A stretch of DNA of 64,000 nt, taken from the human T2T-CHM13v2.0 reference genome, Homo sapiens. The notes under the pieces are model-generated. The model had not been told where the DNA came from. It did no database searches and saw only the letters and a program-made list of their open reading frames with translations. The translations under genes were made by a program, and so were the position numbers. Every line of letters begins with the position of its first letter. Position 1 is the stretch's first letter. Shown piece after piece: positions 29,386-45,539 of this stretch. The DNA is taken from the NCBI RefSeq assembly GCF_009914755.1, contig NC_060934.1; one strand, given 5' to 3'.

Positions 29386-30240
29386 ACCAGCTATCCAAAT
29401 GCAGTGAACTCCTTTTATATAATAGATGCTATGAAAACCTTTTATGACCTTCATCAACTCAATCCTAAGGATATACAAGTTCTGTGGTTTCAGTTAAGCA
29501 TTCCAATAACACCTTCCAAAAACCTGGAGTGTAAGAGCTTTGTTTCTTTATGGAACTCCCCTGTGATTGCAGTAAATTACTGTATTGTAAATTCTCAGTG
29601 TGGCACTTACCTGTAAATGCAATGAAACTTTTAATTATTTTTCTAAAGGTGCTGCACTGCCTATTTTTCCTCTTGTTATGTAAATTTTTGTACACATTGA
29701 TTGTTATCTTGACTGACAAATATTCTATATTGAACTGAAGTAAATCATTTCAGCTTATAGTTCTTAAAAGCATAACCCTTTACCCCATTTAATTCTAGAG
29801 TCTAGAACGCAAGGATCTCTTGGAATGACAAATGATAGGTACCTAAAATGTAACATGAAAATACTAGCTTATTTTCTGAAATGTACTATCTTAATGCTTA
29901 AATTATATTTCCCTTTAGGCTGTGATAGTTTTTGAAATAAAATTTAACATTTAATATCATGAAATGTTATAAGTAGACATACATTTTGGGATTGTGATCT
30001 TAGAGGTTTGTGTGTGTGTACGTATGTGTGTGTTCTACAAGAACGGAAGTGTGATATGTTTAAAGATGATCAGAGAAAAGACAGTGTCTAAATATAAGAC
30101 AATATTGATCAGCTCTAGAATAACTTTAAAGAAAGACGTGTTCTGCATTGATAAACTCAAATGATCATGGCAGAATGAGAGTGAATCTTACATTACTACT
30201 TTCAAAAATAGTTTCCAATAAATTAATAATACCTACCTAA
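29386..30240 (+). other. DKK1: DKK1 3'UTR with tandem polyA signals (AATAAA 29936-29941 and 30217-30222) and ATTTA motifs
   Basis: Signals directly visible; 3' end approximate. Confidence 0.85.
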
Positions 30241-30413
30241 ATGGTCAATATTTTTCGGACAAGGAAGAAAATCATCCACAAAAATAATACTCCAAAGTAC
30301 TTGGTGATTGGCAGGAACAGGATGTGTGCCCATAAATACAGTTAACAAATACATGCAGATTTTGTACCAAACAAAATAATTTGCAGTATCTTGAGTACTA
30401 CTGCATGCAAAGC

Positions 30414-30556
30414 AGACTTGTTCTAATTATTTTGGTTTTAAAATAATTATTAATTAAAAATCACAAATCCTTCCTCATTCCACTCTTTTTTTCTCTTGCT
30501 AGGTGAGTTTCATATTTCAAGTTTTGTTTAACCTGAAATCTATTGATTGGAATGAG
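30414..30556 (+). repeat. Copy 1 of a diverged ~140-bp direct duplication
   Basis: Colinear with 32021-32155 (AGACTTGTTCTAATTA...AAAATCACAA...TTGCTAG...ATATTTCAA...GAATGAG). Confidence 0.85.
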
Positions 30557-32020
30557 GATACGGATACAGTATTTTAAAGAAAACCCACAGGAATAAAATC
30601 TAAATTTTCTTTGCATTTGTACTTGCCAGATTTCATATTGTTTATACTGAGGAAAAGGGAAAGCAAACTTCCCAATTTATACTTTTTCTGTAGTATTCTA
30701 AAGTCTGCACCCAAACCACAAAATGCTGCATTTCAGGCCTGCAAAGGATAGTAGTGACTGATCAATCGTGCAAATATTTCCTTAAATAACGCAGATGTAC
30801 TAGACCGTTTGTTGTTTTTGTGTTTCTGGAAGTGGTTCAATTTCAAGGGTCTCAACCAGTGGGACACAAGCTTTGGTTGGTTCTTCACTGAAAGAGGAAC
30901 TGGCAGGATGTCTGCTGTTACATTCCTTTTGTCTGGAAGTCTCAGCTTCCTCACCCAGGAGAAACTTTCTTTTTCTACATGCGCTTGTTTTCTGAAGTGC
31001 CAGAAAGGCCAATTCTAAGGCCTGCCATGTCCAATAAAGCACAATAAAGGAAAGGAAACAGGAAACTTTTTCTCCAAAAAGAAGAAAGAAGAGCCTTCTG
31101 CTTAAGTGGGGAAAGAAGCAAACTTTTAAAGGGCTTTGGTTATTGGATCCCTTCCTTTCTACAGGAACGGACCTCAGTACATTGACCCTAGTGACAGCCT
31201 TTCTTGCTTCTCATCTCCAGATGAGAGATGTGTGGAAGAATACAAAACCAACCAGAGGGATGCCTCTTCTTCCTATCCAGCTGAGAAATTAGGAAGGGAT
31301 TTCTGTTAAAAAGAATTCTTCATATTTATAAAGGTGGAAAATACCAAGAAAATTGTAGGTTTTTATTAGCTAGTAATAGAGGCTAGACGATGGAAATCAG
31401 ATAAAATACAAATTCAAAAGAGGATTATTTAAGGAATCTAGAACAATTTGGGTAATGATTGTTTAAAATGTCTGTTGTTGTTGCTGTGTGACTTTTAAAC
31501 AATGTATTTTAACGGAAAATACATGCATCTGGGAAAATTTCACAAGATATTTTATCGAATGTTAGTATACTCTACACGCTGTCCTGCACCTTGCTTTTTT
31601 TACTCTATGCGTCTTGCAGATCATTTTATATAATACATAGAGAGGTGACTCATTCTTTTTAAAGGTTACATTAAGTTTGTAGTATGTCAGAATGGCAATA
31701 CTATAATTGTTTTAACCAGTGACGTTTAAGTTGTTTCCAGATTTTTTGATCTAACAAATAATGTGTCATGAGTATAGAATTTTTATGTTCATGTACTAGT
31801 ATAGTTATAGGATGACTCATATTTGAAGCAAAGTACAAAACGCATGCTTTCTGTAGCTACTCATAAATTCTGGTATGAGCAAAATGTCAAGATGCTTGCT
31901 TATCACCGACCAAGTGATGATTAAGCTCTTGCTAAACTGTATCAAAGGAGAAAAAGGGAAATACAGGCTTATCCTAACAATTTCACAGTGAACAGTAATC
32001 TCTGGCATTCAGTTAAAGCT

Positions 32021-32155
32021 AGACTTGTTCTAATTACTTTGATTTTGAAATTATTATTAAATAAAATCACAAGCCTTTTCTCACCACTCCCTTTTCTTGT
32101 TTTGCTAGAAGAGTTGAATATTTCAAACTTTGTCTAATCTACTGATAAGAATGAG
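32021..32155 (+). repeat. Copy 2 of a diverged ~140-bp direct duplication
   Basis: Colinear with 30414-30556. Confidence 0.85.
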
Positions 32156-34209
32156 CCTGGCCCTTCACTTTTAAATTGGTGACATTATCAAACTTTATCA
32201 TACTACCAACTTTCTTTTACGGTCTTAGAGAAAAATAGACAATACTACCATTAGGCTTATAAAGTGTCTTCCACTGAGTTCTATGATTGCAATTTTCATA
32301 CCTTCTAAAATACTATTCTGAGGACAATATTAAAATATAAAAGAAATACCTTATCTTTACCTTAAAGAAGAAGAAAATAATCTCGTAATTTAAGCATTCA
32401 ATGTTTGTACAAAAGTGTGTGTACGTATGTGGTCCTTTATATATTGAGTGTAAGGGTTGACAGCTTAGAAATAGTTAATCACATCAAAAATCTAGGACTA
32501 CAATCTAGGTAATGCTAAGAAATTTTAATTCCATATACCTTTATTTAGTCTGCCACATCCAGTGGGCACTATGCTAGCATTTGAAAAGATGCATATAATA
32601 TTGGCCTTTAACTTCAAAGAACTTAGTCTTTAGCAAGGGAGATGATGAACATTAGTGCTGGAAGTTGATTTAGTATAGTGGTTAGAAACAGTCTCTAGAA
32701 TTGGATAGATTTGGGATTGAGTCATGGCTCCCTCAGTAATGTAGATGTGAGACTAACGCATGCATCAGAATACTATTATGTCTAGCTCAATGTAGGCACT
32801 CAATTTTAGGTCTTTACTACTGGACAATGAAATGTATATATTATATTATGTCGTATTATCTTACATACATTAATACCTGACAACAGATTAAAATTAATTA
32901 AATCAGCCTGTAATTGCTCAGAAAAAGCTTCAGAGAAGAGGTAGTATTTGAACCATCACCTTCTCTTGCGCTTTTATTTCAAGGAAGAAAAAGCACTTAA
33001 ACTAGAAAAAGCAAAAAGGAGACATGGGTTGATACCGCTCATAAAAATCAGGACGGAAAGCATTCTGCAGACTCACTTGTGATTTCTGTTCCATTGTAAT
33101 TTGCAATGTCTATCACTTGCCATGCTGACAAGCAAAATTCTGTCCCCAGTATATGTAATCATCCAGTGCAGTTCTGCTCAGTAAATTGCTTAGCCTTTCA
33201 GAGACTCCTACTCCAAAATCTTGGGTGAGGGTTCTGATTAGCTTATCTTTAATCAGGGGTCCATCTCTGGTTCAATTGTCTAGCATAGCTACTCAGTTCG
33301 TAATATATAAACACAGCTGTCTATATCCATTCTGCCTGTAATAGGAACTATAGTAGTTCTACAAGAGGAATGTGTAGGGACAAATCCCACATCTCAGGTC
33401 TATCACAAATTAGTTTTGAAGGATGAGAAGGCATTTACAAGGTAGAAAAGAAGAGAAAGAGTTTCCTTCCTATTGGAGACAGAGGAAGAAGTGTGAGCAA
33501 AATTATGGAGTTATAAAAATAAAAATACATAATATATTGAGAAAATAAGTAATATCCCACTGTGGCTAGATTTGGGGGTAGCTAGGAAGAGGATTTTTCT
33601 GATTTTTGGTTATATAATTTCTTACCCAGAAAAAATAGACTACTACAATTTTTTATTTTCAGCAACAGTTACTGTGTTAGGTGGCAACGCAATTGAAGAG
33701 GATATATTTGAGACATATTTTGTCTGAAAAAATTACAGATGTCACAAACTACAGTGATTTTTTACCAAAAAATTACAAAATAAGGATATTATTTTGTTTC
33801 CAGCAATAGTTGTTCCATTAGATTTCAATTAAAGTAAATAATACAAATAATACATTACAAATAATGTAAATAATACCTTTCACAAACACGGTGGATTTTT
33901 TGCCAAAAATTTATAAATCCTAATAATGTGACATAGACCCTAAATATTAGCATATGAAAAATTACCTTGCAAGGGCAATGATAACGAACACCCTGCTGTT
34001 TAAAACTGCTGAACAAATTCTATAGTAAAAAGTAAAATTGGCAGAAGGCATCAAACATGGCTTATCTTGATAAATTCATATTACGTTTTATAATATTTCA
34101 CAATCTTTCTCCTGATGAGCAAAAAAAATACTTTTAAAAAGCATCCTGTATGGAAACTTTTCACATATCTGTGATACTCCGAAGTTCAAATTAAAAGCAG
34201 AAAATGATA

Positions 34210-36842
<2,633 letters not shown>

Positions 36843-37286
36843 TGACTAGTCTGGGCATAAGTGCAAAAATCCAGGCACTCATTCATATACTGCTAGTAGG
36901 TACTGCAATTAGCATACCTTTCTGAAAAGCAATTTGGCTGTGCTTAAAATGTGAAAACTCTTTGATGCAGTCATTTCTGGAAATTTATTTTAAGAACAGA
37001 AACATGGATGTATAAAAATCCATCTACAATGGTATTTTAATAGCAAAAATTGAAAACAAATTACATGTTTAAAGTATAGAACAGTTTAGATAATGCAGTT
37101 ATGTTATTAAAGTATTCTGTAATAATTAAATTAATATGGAGAAACATTTGGAATTCTCTATGTACAAATATTTGAAAAAAGCATATTTCAGAACATGCAT
37201 GGTATGTTATAAATTACTTAGAGTAACATCTCATATCTAATCTAACCCTAGATGGCTTATCTGGGAGGTAGGATTGTGGGAACTAA

Positions 37287-37601
<315 letters not shown>

Positions 37602-37814
37602 TTTTTTCATTATTTTCCACTTTTTCTATAAAAATCAGGGAAGACATTACTATTATTAAATGTAAAGGTAGGACAGAACTTGAGTTTTTCTCATAAACTT
37701 TCCTATACATTGAGCAGATAGCTTGATGTGTCTCATTCTAATTTTAAAAATTACTGTTATTGCAGAATTACTCTTCTTTGAATTTCCCAAAACTGCAGGA
37801 AAGAAAAACATCCT

Positions 37815-38138
<324 letters not shown>

Positions 38139-39099
38139 TTACTGACCAAATTTCTTTCCATTCAAAAAATACTGACTGGGAGAACTGCAGCTAGTATAGA
38201 GAAGACCTGCACCAAGCAGTTCTTGAATAAAAGATTAAATGAATGAAACAGAAATAGGAATAGCTGTGCCAGCTTCAGCAAAATTACAACAAAATAGAAC
38301 ATACAAAAACAAATACTTTAAAATATCCAAAAGAAGGAACACAGAGTAAGCAAAATAAAAATCACAATTCTGTTATAATAGATATACTCTTTTTGTATGA
38401 TCTTCTATGTCCATGTTTATTTTGTCAACAATTATATGTTGCAATGAACTGTCTGACATGTTGCTTGTCTTATAAATATATAAGCCATTTTAGTGTTTAG
38501 TTTTTGACATCTTTATTGGTGAGAAAAATCTCACTTTTCTCTTCCTGACAATAGTTAATACTTTCAGACAGCTTGGCTTATACTCTTGTAGGCAGGCAGA
38601 TTGAATTTCTTTGCTAATTTAAACAGCTAGTGACACAGAAGAGGATGGAAATTATTTATTCTGGAAGCTCTGCACATTTCAGTTTTATAAGCAGCCTTGG
38701 TTATCTTCTCGATCAAGTTCTGCTAAGTGCTATCATGTCTTGACACTTAGGTGGCATATTGCAGAAAATGTTTAATAGAAACAATCAAACAAACAAAGAA
38801 ATAAAAACTGAGACTTCCACTGCCCTAATACTGGTTCATTTTCAACAAAATTGGGAAACTGGTAAAGTTTTTTTCTCATATTAACCCTTCATTCAACAAC
38901 TTTCTCCTTGCTGCTCACACAATCTCTCTCCCTCTAAGGAAACCTATTCCTATTTTTCTAGTTTTCAATGATCACTTTTCATCCCTTTCCCTCACTTCTT
39001 TCATAAGCTTTCAATGTTTTAATTTAAAAAAATTAATTCTAGCTAGCTAGACTTTTGCATCAGTACCCTTCTAGACCTGTCCTTTTAGTCATACACCTT

Positions 39100-39415
39100 G
39101 TGGCAGAAACTATTACCAAACCGGTTGCCTTTTCCTCCTGAGCACATTTCCCAGCCTCCCTTGCAATTAGATGTGGCCACATGACTGAGCTTGGCCAATG
39201 GCATGTGTGCCTGAAGACCCTCCTATAAGCACTTCCATTCCTCCACGCAGCATCATCTGCAGATATTAAGCAGACAATGACAGCCCTGTGATTAAGAGGC
39301 AGAGACTCTCTCAGCCTTGGTTTCTAAATAATAGGATGAGCTGATTCTCCTTGCCCCCACCCCAACTTATGTGAGCAAGAAATAAACATTACTTGTGATA
39401 AGCCAAGGAGATTTA
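39100..39415 (+). mobile_element. MLT1 LTR fragment
   Basis: tgtggcaga...catttcccagcctcccttgcaattagatgtggccacatgactgag...gtgagcaagaaataaac. Confidence 0.65.
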
Positions 39416-39769
39416 TCTTTTATTTTTTATTTTTTTAGTTTTTATTTTTTACTTCGATAATACATACCTCAAACTTTAATTTTCTCCTTCCTTCTCTTCA
39501 GTCTTGTGTCAAATTCTGCCGCCTTGCATGTCTATGTCAGAAGCCTGCCACTGGGAAAACTAGATGTTCTGATAAAAAAGTATGTGAAATTGTGCAGTGC
39601 AATTGATTTAACATTGTTGACATTTATATGAAAATGTGAAAGCCTACAGCATTGTGTTTGACACATAGTAGGAATTCAATTAATATTTTTACTTTTCATA
39701 TTTTGAAACTTTTGCAAATAAAACCTCCTTTCAACCAAGTGACACAATTGGCAGAAAATGCTGATGATA

Positions 39770-40010
39770 AGTATAACTTTTTGGAGCATGTTTTAGGTAC
39801 CAGAGACTATTGTTGTGTTTCACATATATTTACTAATTTTATTCTCACAATAACTCTATGAAGGATGTGTGTTTATCACTCCTGTTTTACAGATGAGATA
39901 ACTTGGGCAAAGAAAGTTTGAGGTATTTATCTGAGTTATGTAGGTACTAAGCGACAGAACCAGAATTTGGAACCAGCTTGTCTGCTCCAAAGTCCAGGCT
40001 CTTACTACTA
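39770..40010 (-). mobile_element. MIR
   Basis: tctcacaataactctatgaag...ttttacagatgagataact core. Confidence 0.7.
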
Positions 40011-40166
40011 ATAAGGCTAAATATTCAACCATCTAAAGCTTTCTGTAGCCCTTAAGTTACTTATACGGTTACAGTAAAAGTAGGGTAAAAATGTATCTGC
40101 TGATTTGTAAAAATGCAGCATCTCAAGTTTCTGAATTGAGAAACTTCTTTTCATGAAGTTTCATTA

Positions 40167-40502
<336 letters not shown>

Positions 40503-41419
40503 CTATGGTTTTTGTGTGTTTAAATAAAAAAGGAATAAAAGGTAGGATTAATGAAACTGTGAAAGTAAACTCTTTTAAAGCTAAAAATAGTATGATCTCT
40601 TTCTTGATTAGAGAGAGAGAATTAATTTAGTGGGTGAATTACCAGGAAAGCTTACCTCACTGTTAGGTTGTTATGTTATTTCTCTCATCTAAGAGGATGC
40701 TTTCTGCATAGTAACATTATATTACAAAACACATTATGATAAAAATCCTGCATTTAAGGACAGTTACTGAGTCACCTATACACATATACTGTGTTCACAA
40801 ATGTTTTTGTAGTCAGATTATAGTTGCTCTTCCTTTAAGTATATCTTTCAAATTATACCTTCTGTGGTGACAAGTACATTTATGGCTACAATTTGCTATT
40901 TATTAACAAATGACGACTGAGTAGTTTTAACTTTCAGAAGAAGAAACAAAATCTGGTATAATTATATCATGGATTCATCCTAAAGAGCTAAAAATAGTGA
41001 AAATACACACAAGAAAGATACCTAAATTCACTGTTTTTTAAGTGCTTGTTTTTCTAAGAGCACAAAACTCATGATAGACTTATAGCTCTGAGGTGGAAAT
41101 TAGAGTCAGGGTTGAATTTTTGCATAGTTTTAGGTTTTAGGATAATTCAGCAATTATCCTAAACAAAGTGAAGGTTATTTAACAAGCGGTCATTCTGCTA
41201 CAACCGTTATTGACTCCAATGTGGATGAGCTGTTGGTGCACAGTACTGTGAACACTATTTCAATTTGCTTGTTAATTCAGGATGCTGTAATTACATTTCA
41301 GTGGTGATGTGTCTTTGTGGATTTTATATGCCAGTTGAAGATCAGGAGAAGTCAAGATATTCCCAGATATGTTCCTGATTATATTTCAAAATGGGTGATC
41401 ATGTTATAGCTTCCTCAGA

Positions 41420-41601
41420 CAAGTGGTTCCCAAACTCAGCTCATCATCTTCTGAAACACCTGGGAAACTCTTTAAAATTATAGATTCTGGGAGCCTTCCA
41501 AGTCTACTGAATCAGAACCTCTTAGAATTGAGCCTTTGCATCTGTATTTTTTTAAAGCTCTTCCATTGATTGCTATTATACATCTAATTTTGAAATCCAC
41601 T
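41420..41601. mobile_element. MER5-type element
   Basis: agtggttcccaaact...ctactgaatcagaacct...tttgaaatccactg. Confidence 0.65.
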
Positions 41602-42477
41602 GTGACATGGCCTTTAATCAAAATGCTTTACTCTAAACAGTATGGCCATATAGGGACTATGTGCAGAGAAAGAAATGATTGGCTGAGCACTTATCCTGAG
41701 CTAGTACTTGGGCTTGGGTAAATATATCATTTCATGTGATCGTTGTAACAGTGATGGCAGATATAATAAATGTTCACTATATCTACAAGGCAACAAGACA
41801 AAGAGGTGCTGAGAGATAAACTGATGTCCTTAATGTCACATGGCTAAGAAGTAATAGAATGATGACAGATCTGGATGCTTATTGTGCCAAAGCTTACTTT
41901 ATATCAATGGCAACGAAAATGGTAACTTACTTTTATATCGCGTGTTAGTGTTTACTTTCTATGTTTGCAGATACCTCTTTGACAAAACACATTTTATAGA
42001 TTTTTCAAACTTGGGATAAGAGGAACTCAAACTGAAATAAACTAAGGTTCTTAACTGTAGTCATTCTGATTTTCCTCTAGTACTCATTTCAACTGATGAA
42101 GTCTTACCTTATATTTTAAAGGGAAGTCTTCCCTGACCCAACATTGTATCACAGGCCAAGTCAGGTAATTTATGTGGGCTCATAAATTATTTTTCATAGC
42201 TCTTATTCTAATTCTAACAAACTATTTTTATATTTATTTATTAAGTGGATTTCAACCCCATCAAACTGTAATCTTCATGAGTGCAAAGAGCTTGGTTATT
42301 CTTCAATCCATAGCACCCAATTCTGGGCTTACCCTATAGTAGTTGCTCAATAAAGACATGTTGAATGAATCAGTAAACACCTATGCTATTTCCCCTGAAT
42401 GGATTTGCCACTATATTATTCATAATACACATAAATATACCAAAAATTTTGAAATTTTGTACTAGAAATTTTGTAGT

Positions 42478-42791
42478 TTTATTTATTTATTTATTTATGG
42501 AGTCTCACTCTGTTGCCCAGGCTGGAGTGCAGTGGCATGGTGCAATCGTGGCTCACTGCAACCTCCGCCTCCCGGGTTCAAGTGATTCTCCTGCCTCAGC
42601 CTCCTGAATAGCTGGGACTACAGGCCTGTGCCACCATGCCCGGCTTTTTTTTTTTTTTTTTTTTTTGTATTTTAGTAGAGATGGGGTTTTACTGTGTTAG
42701 CCAGGATGGTCTTGATCTCCTGACCTCGTGATCCGCCCACCTCTGCCTCCCAAAGTGCTGGGATTATAGGTGTGAGCCACTGCACCTGTCC
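42478..42791 (-). mobile_element. Alu (AluSc/Sg-like) with expanded middle T tract
   Basis: ttagccaggatggtcttgatctcctgacctcgtgatcc. Confidence 0.93.
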
Positions 42792-44116
42792 ATTTTGTGT
42801 TTTTATTAACTACCTACTCTTTGTATATATAAAATAGTTACTCATAATTAAAACAGACAAAAATTACTTCCTGAGTTTATTATTAAATATTACTCATAAT
42901 TAAGTAAAATGCAGACAAAACTGCGTCCTGATTTTATTTATTATTTCTTGTCATTATTGCTGAACTTGGATAATTTTTAATGCACAAATATAATCTTAAA
43001 AGCAGGAATTAATCACAAAGAAATATATTAAAAATAATTTCTTGTGATGTAAAATACTCCCATGTATTTTGCTATTTGCATTGTATAATGATTAGATGGT
43101 TTTGAGAAGATGAATGGCTTGTCTTATTTTGGCTTTCATAAAAAGAAATTTTACTTGCAATTGTAATTCACATTTACTGAGACAAAATAACCCTGTAGTC
43201 CTGACTAGCCTAACTTGTTCCTGTAGGTTGACCATATAACAGATCCTTTCACCATAAGGAAATCTACCTTTTTTAAATGGAGATGGAATGATATTTTCAA
43301 CACCTTGTAATTCATGCAATAGCCCTAGCTAAATTAAAACAAATTCTATGGATGCCATTAATCAGTGGTGTTCTAATTTTATCTTCACATTAGGATCATC
43401 TGGGGACTTTGAAAAACTAACTCGTGCCTGTGACCCACTCCCAGAAAATGTGATTGATTGGTTTGGAGTATGGCCTAGGCTTCAAATTTTTTAAAAGATT
43501 GATGGTTTATCTTAATGTACACAAGTTTGGGGACTACCTTTATTAGTTTCTGTCTTCCTCAGACAAGATAGCAGAAATACGGATGTTTCTGCCTTAATCT
43601 TGGAATAGATTTGTGGAATGCCCTGTTGACTCTGAAAGTGGAATTTAGACATTGAATTTCCTGAATTTGCCTGCAAAGATTGCAAGTTAGAAAAGGGAAT
43701 TCCAAGGTGTCTCTTAAACTTGGAGGTCTTTGGTAACCTATATGTCAAAGCCTAAGACTAGGGAAGTTTTGATAGCAAATTTATCAGTGAGTAGGGAAGC
43801 GAATAAGAATTAAATATAGACTTTAAAATATCTCTTATACCTCCACCTCTCAAAACATAGCCGAGTTGAATAGGATGATTATAATCCTATATTACCTAAA
43901 AGGTGGGATTTAAAATGAGTTTAACATAATATGATTTATTAGCTGAAGAGATAATAATAGCAAGTTTTAGTGAAGTACCAGTTATGTCATCTCGTAATGA
44001 AGACATTTACGATCCAAGAGGGAATATTTACATTAACACCATTATTAATATTACTGTGTGCTGACTTCACAAAATTCCCAAAGCATGGAATGCAATTTAA
44101 AAATCAATGGTTTCTT

Positions 44117-44153
44117 TTGTGCACTTGTACCCTAGAACTTAATGTATAATAAT
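44117..44153 (+). mobile_element. Ultra-short L1PA 3'-end insertion
   Basis: TTGTGCACTTGTACCCTAGAACTTAATGTATAATAAT matches the L1PA terminal sequence; flanking aatggtttct / aattgtttct. Confidence 0.7.
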
Positions 44154-44835
44154 AATTGTTTCTGTGCCTAAAGAGACATTTAAAAGCTGTTGAAATTTTG
44201 AAAAGCTTGTGGTCTTAAAAATGGCTGAAATCAGTGTTCTAACAGCACATATTTAAACATGTGGCCATAAAGCATTTCTTCTTTCCTCTCTTCCTTCCTT
44301 CTTTTTCTTTCTTCCTTCTGCACGCTCTCTCTGTCTTTCTCCCTCTCTCTTTCTTTCACTCTGAATGACACATATCCCATCACCATGAAAGCCTTGTGTG
44401 CAACTGCCAGTTGACACGGGCCTATTGTGGAAGGCATAGAGAGTATGCAGAAAGTTAAGTACCAAAGAAAGAAAAACAGTAAACCACTTGCTTAAGCTGA
44501 TCTAGTGTTTTCTATTCTTTGGACTCTAGGTTCTAAATAATTGAACCTTGATCTCATTTGAGGTGAGGAAAATACACACACACAGGTGGCCTAACTTCTA
44601 ATTATTTCATTCCCAGTGAAAGGCGCAGGTGTCAAAGTCTTAAGGATTCTGATCCTTCATTTAGTGCACTAAATCTTTTTTCTTTCTTTTACACAAAGCA
44701 CTGAACTTCCCTGTTAATCCAAAGTGATGTCTGTGGCTCCTTTCCCTCTACACTGTCACTTATACTAACTCCTTTGGCTGTTATGATTTGTTGTGGCTGC
44801 TACTGCTGCTTTGAAACCTCTGAAATTTTCTAGGA

Positions 44836-45014
44836 CCCTGGTTCTCAGTCTTTCACTGCTTATTGGATCACTTGGGCTTCTCTAAAAACTACCAATGCTC
44901 ATGTCCCACCCATGGAGATCCTGCTGTTATTGATATGGAGTGTAGCCTAAGCATTGGGAGTTTTTAAAGATTCCCAGGTAATTCTAATGTGCTGCAAAGT
45001 TTGAGAACCACTGT
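44836..45014. mobile_element. MER5A1-like element
   Basis: ctggttctca ... caaagtttgagaaccactg termini. Confidence 0.65.
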
Positions 45015-45231
45015 TCTAGGAAGTGGTATCTGTTACCGGTTTCCTTGCCCAGTGCTGACCTTTTCTAGTTTTGACCTTTCATTCATGAATATTTTATTGG
45101 TTTTATTTTTCAATGAGAGTACATAGTAGGAGGGAATCGTCAGCTGCATTAGCCTGTTGAGTGTTATATCAACTTATCGTACCTACTTTTAGTATAACTG
45201 GGCTTGGGGCTTGCATAAAAATGGGACTATT

Positions 45232-45539
45232 GGCCGGGCACGGTGGCTCATGCCTGTCATTCCAGCACTTCGGGAGGCTGAGGCGGGTGGATCACGAGGT
45301 TGGGAGTTCAAGACCAGCCTGGCCAATATGGTGAAACCCCGTCTCTACTAAAAAAAAAATACAAAAATTAGCTGGGCATGCTGGTGCACACTTGTAGTCC
45401 CAGCTACTCGGGAGGCTGAGAGGCAGGAGAAGCTCTTGAACCTGGGAGGCAGAGGTTGCAGTGAGCCGAGATCATGCCACTGCACTCCAGCCCGGGCGAC
45501 AGAGTGAGACTTCATCTCAAAAAAAAAAAAAAAAAAAAA
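45232..45539 (+). mobile_element. Alu (AluSg-like)
   Basis: Full Alu; flanking ggactatt repeat. Confidence 0.94.
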
